Below, piece by piece: positions 1 through 10,800 of a stretch of DNA of 22,728 nucleotides. The notes under the pieces are model-generated. The model searched no databases, was not told the origin of the DNA, and was given only the letters and a program-made list of their open reading frames with translations. The stretch covers positions 62,001 to 84,728 of the forward strand of contig KZ538312.1 in the NCBI GenBank assembly GCA_000934665.2, written 5' to 3'. The translations under genes were made by a program, and so were the position numbers. The stretch's first letter is position 1, and every line of letters begins with the position of its first letter. The stretch is from Catajapyx aquilonaris (Eukaryota).

Positions 1-266
1 AGTGTTGCCAGACACCCGGCACCATGGCCACCGAATTTCTTGTTGTTGACAACATTGTTGGGCTCTGTTTGCAACCCTTTCCCATCTTATCAACCTAGTC
101 AGGGGCCAATCCCCGACGGGGTTCGCCCTCGTTCCACAAAAAATATTAATATATATTTTATATATAAAAAAAGATTTTACCATTTCCCCCCCCCCCCCCT
201 CCCTCCCCTTCCCCTCGCCACCACCACCAGCCAGGGATGAAAAAAGCTTGAGCTGGTTCCACTTGA

Positions 267-296
267 GTGACGTCACGCCAGCAGCAGCGCCATTGG
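267..296. promoter_or_regulatory. Proximal promoter elements of the UBE2R gene: perfect CRE palindrome (GTGACGTCAC, 267-276) and inverted CCAAT box (ATTGG, 292-296)
   Basis: Both motifs are read directly, about 30-55 bp upstream of the putative initiator at 321-326. Function is inferred from the motifs only. Confidence 0.5.
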
Positions 297-320
297 CCCT
301 AGGTGCGGAGGATTCTCCCA

Positions 321-354
321 TCATTCGAGTTCGGGTCGCGTCAGGAGGAGGATC
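321..354 (+). promoter_or_regulatory. Inr + DPE core promoter (putative TSS at A323)
   Basis: TCATTC at 321-326 matches the Drosophila Inr TCAKTY. GGATC at 350-354 matches the DPE RGWYV at exactly +28 to +32 from A323. No TATA box at -30. Confidence 0.5.
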
Positions 355-568
355 GAACGTTTTTGCAAGTGAGAGAGAGGTGAGGTGGACTCTTACTTCA
401 CCCTAGGCTCTCTTTGTGTGTGTGCGTGTGGATTGTGTGGAGCCTTGTGCTGTTGTTGTTTCCAGCGCAGTGTATAAAGTGGGGTGCAGCCCAGAGACAA
501 AAGAGGAGGATACACACGCACAAACAAAAAAAGAGCTGAGAGATTCAGATAGAGAGAGAGAGAGGATT

Positions 569-751
569 ATGTCGGGGGCGGGTCAGCCGTCGAGCAGCGC
601 TCTGAGGGCGCTGGCCCTGGAGTACAAGGGAGTTCAGGAGGAGCCAGTCGAGGGCTTCCGGGTCAGGCTCATCTCGGAGGAGAACCTGTTCGAGTGGGAG
701 GTGGCCATCTTCGGACCTCCAGACACCCTCTACCAAGGAGGATACTTCAAG
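569..751 (+). CDS. UBE2R2: UBE2R/CDC34 coding exon 1 ([20 protein letters not shown]...[13 protein letters not shown])
   Basis: ATG at 569, 61 codons, donor AAG|GTATTG at 752, phase 0. Contains the E2 N-terminal motif W.VAIFGPP.T.Y.GG.F. Confidence 0.95.
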
Positions 752-3700
752 GTATTGTATATATCTACCGGATGAGAAAGAAAGAAAGGGGGGAAAAAAA
801 AGAAAGGGAGGAGGGGGGGTTGGTAAAACTGGGGACTGTTGGCTGCACTGGGGGGTATAGTTGGAGCCACACTTACCTTTAAAAAAGGCCAGTTGGCACC
901 CCTGTGGTTGGAAGGACTGGTGAGAGTACTGTTGGCTATNNNNNNNNNNNNNNNNNNNNNNNNNNNNNNNNNNNNNNNNNNNNNNNNNNNNNNNNNNNNN
1001 NNNNNNNNNNNNNNNNNNNNNNNNNNNNNNNNNNNNNNNNNNNNNNNNNNNNNNNNNNNNNNNNNNNNNNNNNNNNNNNNNNNNNNNNNNNNNNNNNNNN
1101 NNNNNNNNNNNNNNNNNNNNNNNNNNNNNNNNNNNNNNNNNNNNNNNNNNNNNNNNNNNNNNNNNNNNNNNNNNNNNNNNNNNNNNNNNNNNNNNNNNNN
1201 NNNNNNNGGGGGGGGATATAGTTGGAGAGTTGGACAAAAAAAAGTCTGAAGTGTTTGTTTTTTTGTTTGTCCAGGTTTGGTTGCCATTTCCTGGTGATAC
1301 AAGAGGACGAACAAAGGAGCAGATGAAACTTGAATTTTGTCTATTGTTATAAAAGACTTTGTCCACGGTTTGGTGTGTCGTACCTGCTTAGTTAGTACTC
1401 ATGCAAGAGGAGGAACAATCATTGCCTTCTATTTCATGGCCATATGAAGACAAACAAACAAACAAACAAACAAACAAACAAACAAACAAACAGTACCATC
1501 TCTTCATAACACTGGACAGTGCAGCAAGTTTCCGCTGCATCGAGCAATGGCTGGACTGAGGTTGTGCCTAATTTGTTTGTTTGTTTGTCCAGGTTTCACG
1601 ACTGCTTCATACTCAATACATGAGGACGAACAAACATTGCCTTTTAAAACAGCTCGTGGCCAAACAAAGAAACATACCGTCTTTTGTAACGCTAGGCAAT
1701 ATTACAATCGGACAACGGCTGTACTATGAAATTGTGCCTAATTTGTTTCTTTGTTTGTCCAGGGTTGGTTTTATGCACATGTCGTACCCATTTATACAGA
1801 GCACAAACAGGCAGACAAATGGTAAAGCCGTTGCCCGATGCAGCGGAAACTTAATATTGTCTTAGTGTTATAAAAAACGGTATGTTTCTTTGTTTGTCCA
1901 GGATTTTTTTCTGCACGCTTTGTACCTATTCCATGCTCATGCACAGGACAAACAAATGCAGCATAATTTTCCATGACATATGCGCGTGTAACATGTCGAG
2001 CAGAAACTTGTAGTTTAGCGATTAGTTTGTAAATTCTGTTTGATGTCTGTGCGTGGCGGGGCACGTCTGTTCCAAGACATGCTCAAGCCAGGCGTGCGGT
2101 TGGGGAATTATTGCTTGGCCCAAGCGCAATTGTTGCACACCTTTTTCTTTGACTCGATGGTTTTTTGCCTGAATTTCTCCTTGCCCAATTTTTTTGGGGG
2201 GGTTTTTAATTGTTGCCAGGAGTGTGCCCCCCCCCCCCCCCCCNGCAGGTTTCCTTTCCAAACCACACAACAGGGGTAAAGGATACCAGTCAGGGCCAGC
2301 TGGCAAGTGTTTTGCATTGCGGCACAAGGTCTTGACCACCGCACCTTGCCAAAAAAGTAAACTCTCAGGAAAACCTTTTGCAGGCTGCGAGCTGTAACCT
2401 GCCACAAACAAAGCTGTGTCGCACTAGATTGGGAAATTGATCAAGCGTTATACAACTTGGATTAATAAATAAGATTTTTTTGCAGCAGCCCAGAAGCAAA
2501 ATGCCAGGAAATTAAATGTAGGTTGCACGGTTGTGTGTGTGTGGAAAGTTTGGAAAAATTGAGGCAAGCCGTGCGAACGAAATAGGGAAGAGTAACTTGG
2601 GTGTTGCGGGAGGGTGTTATTCAGGTGTTGGTTTCAAGGTGGCATGGCTTGCGTTGGAGAGAGAGAGAATGTCCTTGATGATCACCTGTTTTGTGTGGGT
2701 AAAACACTTTTAGGGGGGGGAAGCAAACTGCCTCCCACTTCTTATCACCTGACTTCTCTTTTTTTTCCATTTCCTTCTTGATAGCGGAGGGCGCTTCAGG
2801 GGGAGAAAAACTTTGGAAGCTAATTTACCTAAATGTCTCACAGTGCATGTCAGCTTCTTTTTTTTGGGGGGGGGGGGNNNNNNNNNNNNNNGGGATTTGA
2901 GTAAAACTGACAAAAATTAGATTGCCAGATGTAATGAGCCTGTTTCTTGTTTTATATGTACAGTTATTTTTTAACCAATTTGTACAGTTAAATATGAAAA
3001 TGTACAGATGTACTATGTCGCTCAAAAAGAGAGACGATTTTGCATTGAAAGCAAAATGCAAAATGGTCTCCCACCTTTTTGAGCGATATAGTACATATTG
3101 TTCACTAAAGCTGCTGTACCTTTAATGCGTATTCACTACTTGCTGCCCTATTGTACAACCTGATTTGAATGAGAATGCAATGAGTAAAGAGCAATTGATC
3201 AATGTAGCTTCAATGAACAATAAGCAATCTTGACAATTTGATATCATTGCCATAAAAAAATGCAATATCCAGTTTATAGATTTTTTTAATTTAAAAAAAG
3301 CACGTTGTTAGGGTCGATCCCATTATTTTATCAGCTGTGGCGGATTTGAACCTATAGAAGTGATGCGGATTTAACAAGTTGTTGTTGTTTTTTTTTGTCG
3401 CCCCAGTTTTGGGCGAGCAGGAAGAGAGAGAAAACTAAGGTTGACCTGGAAAAATTTCTGGATTCCCCCAACCAACTCACATGTTTTTTTTTTTTTAGTA
3501 TTATTAATTCGCCCTNTTGGTCCGTTGTGTGACCCCCAAAAAGCAGGTCCTACACGGTATTTTTAAAAGTGGAAAAGGTCAGTTGATAGTCAAGAGCAGA
3601 ATTTTTTTTTAGCATAAAAAAAAGAGAAAGGGTTGATTTTTATATACATAGTATATAAATGGCGATGGGATTTGTGGGTCGCAGAGAGTGAAAAAATAAA

Positions 3701-6700
3701 TCGTGCGAGCCATTTTCTCCGCTCTCGTTATTCCGACTGCTTGTTACTGGTTCATACCCAAGAATTTAATGGAGAGGTTTGTTGAGTGCAAGTACACCAC
3801 AAAATGGCTGCTCTCTGCCTTGACTCGTTTGCGGAAAATTTTTTGGCAACACTGTTTGGACGTAGGCGCTCTGACCACTACTGCTGCTCTCAGTGCAGGG
3901 AAAAGTAGTACTACATGCACGTTGGTGATGTTGCGCGGACAAAGCCCACCCTGGTGCTATAACCTCCATTGTGACCGCTATGTCCTCTTAATGTATTGTT
4001 GAACTGGGAAAGTGAAGACTATAGGGTATAGGCGATGAGTCAACACGGACAAATAAGCGGACAGACAGAATAAGGGGATAAATAGTATCTGAGATTAGTC
4101 AAAAGAAATGGGGGTCGCTTTTTCTTCAGCAATGTTTGCGATAAATGAAATCATGTGTTTTTTCCTTTAGAATCGAGTTTTTTTTTTACGATTCAATTCA
4201 CTTGCATTGCGATGAAATAGAGCGATAAAAATGTGTAATTATTTTGTTGGGGGGGTGTGCTGCGCTTCGAAATGCTTCCCCCTCCCCTGGCAGCCCATTG
4301 TACGCCTCCAACTCGAGGTGACATATTTCGCAGGCTCGTGATCACGGAGGCGTTGCAATGTGGTTGTGGAAGCGCGCGAGAGCAATGTGTCACACTTTTA
4401 CTCCTTTGTTGTTGTTGTTTGCACCTTCCTCTCACTTGGCTTCGCAATTTGCAATAAAAGGAAATCAAGGGCGGAAAGACAAAGGAAGATCTCCTTTGTG
4501 TCGACCAACTCTTCAACAAACAAACAAAAATGTGTGTCTGTGTAAACCCATGTGGGGGTTGTTCCAGCAGTATGAGTCAGAAGACATTGCATGGGAATTA
4601 TGATCTGAGCGCACAATTTTTTTCGTCTGTTTGGTGCTTGTCGTGACTAGACGTCACAATGATGAGTATAACAATGTGTGACGGTCTCTACTTAGAAGGC
4701 ATTATACAATATATATGTCGAGCAGGATAGAATGTTGGCCACGTGCCCACACGTGATACGATGTGCGTTGCTTGCTATTCGGTTAACGCAAAACATCCTG
4801 TGTACACACACATACACATTTATTGCGCAGGGGGTCCTTTGCGTCGTGTTGTAGCAGGTACAATGTATGTCGACACTGTTCGTCACAACGACGTCAGAAG
4901 CCAGGTTCCATTTTTTTTTTTTTTAACCTTTTAAGAGGCGTGAATGACTTTCTTTGTTGTTGTGAAGGCCCGATAAGGTGATGCACCTTGTACAGTATAT
5001 ACTCTTCTCGGTATACAGCAGGACAATCGCATCGATGACAATGGAAACTGAGCGAGAGAGGACGTCACACCATGTACTCATTCAGTATACTTCGATCATT
5101 GACTTTTTAATAAGTGGAAAATTGGTCTGGTGTCGCGCGCAGTTTTATTTTAAGTCGAATTGGTGTCGGGGTCGCGATTTTTTTTTTGTTATAAACATTT
5201 TGCGCAACTTTGTTCGGCCAGCTCCAATCTTTTATCTCTCCAAACCTACATAGAGAGGAAACAACAACAGTGAGAGACAAACAAGAAAAGTGCGTGTGTG
5301 CACATTATGTATTGTGTAACAGATAAGGGAGCTCGTGGCAATATTTTTAAAAATGTAAATGCAGATGGCCTTTTATTTTTGTGTGTGTGTGTGTAAAGTT
5401 GCGTTATTTACACGTACTGTACATAGTGTTGGTACACGTTCAATGCAATGTTGGCCTTGGGGTGTTCAGGAAGAAGGTTGAAGGGATGGGTCCTTGGAAG
5501 AAGTTAGAAGGTCACTTGTGTGGTTGTGTGAGGCCAAACCCTCCTTTTTTTGCATGTTTTTTTATAATTGTCTATTTTTTTATTTTTGCACGATTATGAC
5601 CTTTTCCGATTTATTTATTTTTTTCAGGCACATTTGAAGTTCCCTCCAGACTACCCTTACTCTCCACCCAGCGTACGGTTCCTCACGAAAGTATGGCATC
5701 CCAACGTTTACGAGGTGAGTGCACAATTATTCATCTCTATTTGGAATTTTTTTTGCGCGAACTGCAGTGTGCCAAATATTTGGCACGCGCAAAAACCAGT
5801 CGATTTGCATGACGTAACTATATTATTTGCATTTTATATAGTCAGCGATTATTTACACGGCATATCTGAGCTGCCGATATGGATGAGCAAATTTTTTCCA
5901 GACTAGCCTTTTCCAGCTGTTTTTTTTTTTGCGAATTTGTTGATCGCACGTGGTTGTTTCTCTTGCAAAAAAAAATAACTAATAAACGAACCTTTTTTCA
6001 GTATCGATTTCGGATTGTTGTGTGCGTTTTTTTGGCAAAATGTTGCGTAGGTAATTGTTGAGACAACATTTGCAAAAAAAATAGGGGGGTATTTTTGGCA
6101 CCATTTTTTTTTTTCTGCGAAGGGTACGAGGGGTTATTGATCTCTCTTGGAAGCGACCCCGTATATTCCGGGACCGGATTATCTCTACTTGTTATAAACC
6201 AGGTCGAGCAAGTTTTAGACCCAAGCTTGTTGAAATAATAATGAAAACTGTGGTTTTTAAATTGTTTTTTTTTTTCTGCATCTGCGCATGTCCACTTGAT
6301 TGTTCGGACTAGCAACCAAGCAACAATTTTCTCCCTTGGGTTTGTTGTTTCTGTTTAGCACTGGTAGCTAAATGAAAGTCGGCGATTAACTGCAGATTAA
6401 CCGATATTGTTGGAAAGTAATTGGTGGTTTTTTTTATACCGTTTGTTTTTAAATACCCCGCAAGTGCGACGCCCTATATTTTTTTGCGGTTATAAAAAAA
6501 AAGCACGCGGGGCATGACCAGCACAATTGCACGTTTTTTTTGTGCGCATGTTTTTTAGTTACGTCACATATACACACACACGGTATTATAATCAGATTAA
6601 AAAATGTGTTGTTGTACACTTTCAACAACACATTTTTTAATCTGATTATAATTAAAAATGTGTTGTTGTACACTTTCACAACACCGCCCGGTGAGATAGA

Positions 6701-7755
6701 GTCTGCCTGGGGGATTGGTTGTTTACGTCGCCCCTGTCAACACTCCAGTCAGTGACCAGCTGCCCGTCTGAACAGTCGCAAGTTCTGGGTGTTCCTGCTT
6801 CATCATGGCCAATACACCGTCGCCTGCGTTCAGCTGCTTACTAGTTGTTTACATTGTATGATTGTACGTTTTGTGTATATGTGTTCATATCATTTATATC
6901 ATATTCATCCCTTTCATTAACCTCTGCGTGGCCTGACCATCCACCAGAGTGTCATTTTGTAGGTCATACGAGGGGGACAGGGGCAACCTGTACTCCGCTG
7001 GCTACCCCTCTATGGGATTATTTTGCCGTGAAGTAAATGAAAATAAATGAAATGTTGTTGTACACTTTCGAAACAATTAGATTCCGGCGCATGGCAACCG
7101 GCCGCTTAGCAACAAGATTTTCGCACAGCTCTATTTTGCCATGTGTCGACTTTTTTTCGCATAAAAATTAATAAACATGAAAACGGGCTCTGTCCGTCTG
7201 TCTGTGAGCAGGTATAGTAGGGCCAAAGTAGGGCCTTAAACCGCAAGGGATATCAAACAAACGGGTTTTCGGATTCAATTTGAGAGAGAGAAAAAGTCGA
7301 CTCGAATCGTGATTGTGCCAAACTCGTAGAGTCCGTTCACCTGGCGCATGCGTGGTGCGACCCCCATTGCGTTTTCTTGCCCGGATTGTTCCGGCACGTT
7401 CCGGATTCGTTTACCTGGAGGCTATGTCCTGATGAGTGTTTCGTTTTTTTGTTTTGTTTTGCGAAAGCACCCAGTAAGTGCTTATGGATGTTTTGGTAGT
7501 TTCCCCAGCTCCCCGTTTTGTTTCCCATGAAGGTCTGAACTGGGGGGGTTTGTGTCGTGTGGGGAGAGAGAGGTTGCCAGTTCGTTGCCCTTCAAAACCC
7601 TGCGGGGGAGTTGAGGTGGGTGATGGGGGGGCGGGACTGGGTATGGTACACTCGGTACCGCTCAGAAGTGTTTTGAGACATATTGTACCCTGCAACACTT
7701 CCTGTGAATATAGAATCCCGTTCAATGTCGGAATATGACCGTGAAGGAACCTTGG

Positions 7756-7804
<49 letters not shown>

Positions 7805-10800
7805 CGATACAAAAACCACAGTTGATATTTCTGACTCTCCTTTTTTTTGTTAAATAGTGTGAATGTCAGGTACTGTGCACAAGAACCGGTTTTAAAGAGA
7901 AGCAACCGCAATGCTGCACCCTGGGAGAACAATGCCAACTGAATTTTAATCGTTGTTGACAATTTATGATCGACAATCGTGGCACGTAGGAACCTGGAAC
8001 CAAAAAAACAACAACCAAGGGATTTCTCAATAATAATTGCAAACGTGCCGAATGTGTACTGTACCCATATCGGCACTTTTTTTTTTTTTTTAAGAGAGAA
8101 ATCAAGAGAGATCGTGGAAATCAGAGAGACATTTCTTTGAAAGTGATTGCACTGCGTGCATGGGTAGATAACGGTGACCTTCCAGTCGTCTGATAACGGA
8201 ATGCGTCGTTTTTTTTTTTTCGGTGCAATTTTAGGTGCGTGTTGCGTCAATTTCGCTGCGTAAAATTTCCGCCAAAATTTAGGCGATGACGTCAGAAAGT
8301 GCAAAGAGGATTTATTTTATTTTTTAAAAGGCGTTTTATCGGTAACTCGAGGTAATCCCTCCCCACGGTTTTTTGGTGCTAAGACTGAGGGATTTAACGC
8401 TTATGGTTTTAAATGGGATTTAACGCCCGAGTTTTGTTTTCCTACATAATATATAGGAGGGCGGGCCATCAGGGATTTAACAGAAACTGCGTGAAATTCT
8501 TCGTCTGGTATATGGTACAGTACTGGCCAATATTAATCGAGGCAACGACTAGCGACATTTTCCCCGAAGCGGCAGAAGAAGGAATCTTGCTCGCCCAGCT
8601 TGTAGCATGCTTATCTTCGATTCCTTCTTCTGCCGCTTCGGGGAAAATGTCGCTATAGTCGTTGCCTCGATTAATTGGCCAGTACTGTACAACTAAAAAG
8701 GCATGTCTGCTGGGCAAAACAGGCCTTTTAACCCTCAAGAGAGACCGGAGAGCCGATACATCGGTGGCTGTTCTGTATATAATATTTTTAGGTCGACCCC
8801 ACGTGCTTCTTGATGAAAATGTAGGCATTTTTTTTTTCTGACAAAGATGTCCGTAGACTGTGGTTTTCCCTGGGCTTGCTGTAGACTTTTTGTCAAAATG
8901 CTCTCTTGAGGCGGGTTTTAAAAAATCATCGCGGAATGCGACGGACCGTGCCTGGCAGGGCCACAAGTACTGGTGCGGTCACTCCAAGGCCATACACCAT
9001 GGCGCACTGCTTTTCATACGTACTGTATGTGATATCTGCGGGTAGGTGACGCACGTATTTTCCAGGTAACGTTGGTGAGTTTCGAACCCCCACGTGACGT
9101 GCAATGACGCTGCCAGATACGATTTTTGCCCTTGTCGAGACACAGAGAGAGAGAGAGAGAGTCCAATAGTGAGAAGCCGTTGACCCCTTTTGCTTAATTT
9201 TCCATGGTGTGCTTTTTTTCACAACGGTACTTCTTTTTTTCTCTCTCTCTGGGCCTTGCCCTGTGCCTGCCTCAAGGTTAACTGTTGGTAGTGGGGGGGG
9301 GGGGGNGGGGGGGGGTTATAGTGACGTGACCTCTCTCTCTCTCTCTTTGAAACGGATTTATTTGAATGGGGGTGCGCGCATGCAGCAATGAGAGAGAGGT
9401 CATGACCTCGGGAGGCTCTGTCGTGCCTTGGCATTCGGGTTGGTCTATTTTAGGTTGTTGCCAAACCCCCCCTTCCCTTCCTCCCTCCGCGAGATAGAAA
9501 TCTAGTGACGTCACGGGTCAATATTTTTATTTTTTAAATATATCAAATTTGTGGTTTGCAGTGCTCTGTATTTTTAGCTTTTTGTATGTACACCTCCCAG
9601 AGCGGACCATCGGAGCGCCGAATTTTTTCCTTGTCTTGTACAGCTCAAGTTCGACGCAGGTCGATTCATCAGACGCCCCCCCACCACCACCAACCATCAC
9701 CAACCAGACTGCGACGCGTCGCGATATTTATAGCAAAAGGCGTCTCTTGCTGAATTTTGCGTAACTTTTGNCCCCCCCCCCCCCATTGCATGGCCCCGGT
9801 TGTAGTGTTGTCTGGGCCTGCAACAATGTGCAAGGCCATTGCCACGCATTCGGTTGCACAACCCAAGATCGATTTGTGTGTATATATACCCGCGGGTTTT
9901 CAGCATGCCGAATAGTATAGTTACGACACAAAAAGCGCCCTTGAATATTGGCAACGTCATTTTTTTTTTGCGGATCTAGAGACGTCAGAGGTCGTTACCT
10001 GTGGTCAAAGTGTGACCTTCTGTATTTTTTTTAAAATGGCTATAATTTATTGCACCTTGCGGGTTTCTCCTAATAGGCTTATTCTCTCTTTGCTGATGTT
10101 TGTCCGACCCTGACAGTGCCGCCGTCTCTCGCACGACGCGTGGCAGGAGTGTCCGGAGGGAGCTTGCGCCATCTGTGCCTGAAAAATAGTACCGTGTGGT
10201 AAAACCGGCGGGCGATCTCATTTTCACCGTGCTAAACCCGGTTTTTGTGTGTGTTTTTTATTGCGAAAAATCCTCAGTTTTCATTGTTGGCGACAATGGT
10301 TTTTGCAATGGCAATTTCTTGTTATAATATAACCGAGGTTAAGAAGTCATGCTGATGGGCTCGGTGAAACTGGCTCTAAAAGTCGTTTTGATTTGTCACT
10401 CTCGCACTGATTATTATTAGTGCCAATTTTTTTTTTTTGGCAATGAGTTTTTATAGTTTGAATAGATTTGTGCAAATTTGATGTTTGAATTGACCCGGAC
10501 CCAATAAATTTGGGGCAAAATGTGGGGTGCGCAGTGAACCTACATAACACTGAAAAGGGCGCGCGCGTTCCCAAATTTAGGCCAAGGTTGGACCCCCCCA
10601 TCCTCCACACCCACAGCTCGTAACCCTAGAGTTGCGAAACCCCCCCGATTGGCGATCCAACTTTTTGGGGGGCGGATGGGTTTTTTTAAAAAAATGTGGA
10701 AGGACAGAGATTTGAGATGTAAGTCCAAATTGCAATGTTTGCCTCCTTTTTTTTTTGGCAATGTCCCTCCCAAAATAATTTTTTTTTTTAAATTGACAAA

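Noticed and set aside
416..568. 51-codon N-terminal extension of UBE2R in the ORF track
   Set aside because: It starts at GTG in TG/GA-repeat-rich 5' UTR. Family similarity begins at ATG 569.
545..1366. Long ORFs spanning 545-1366
   Set aside because: Artefacts of translating through the N gap.
7180..7290. GTCCGTCTGTCTGT motif reminiscent of Helentron/DINE-1-type elements (similar inverted motif near 4045-4070)
   Set aside because: I could not delimit subterminal inverted repeats or a 3' hairpin, so the evidence is too thin without a repeat library search.
7411..8304. 297-aa minus-strand ORF
   Set aside because: It crosses (GA)n and poly-T tracts, has no domain or codon bias, and starts at a non-ATG codon.
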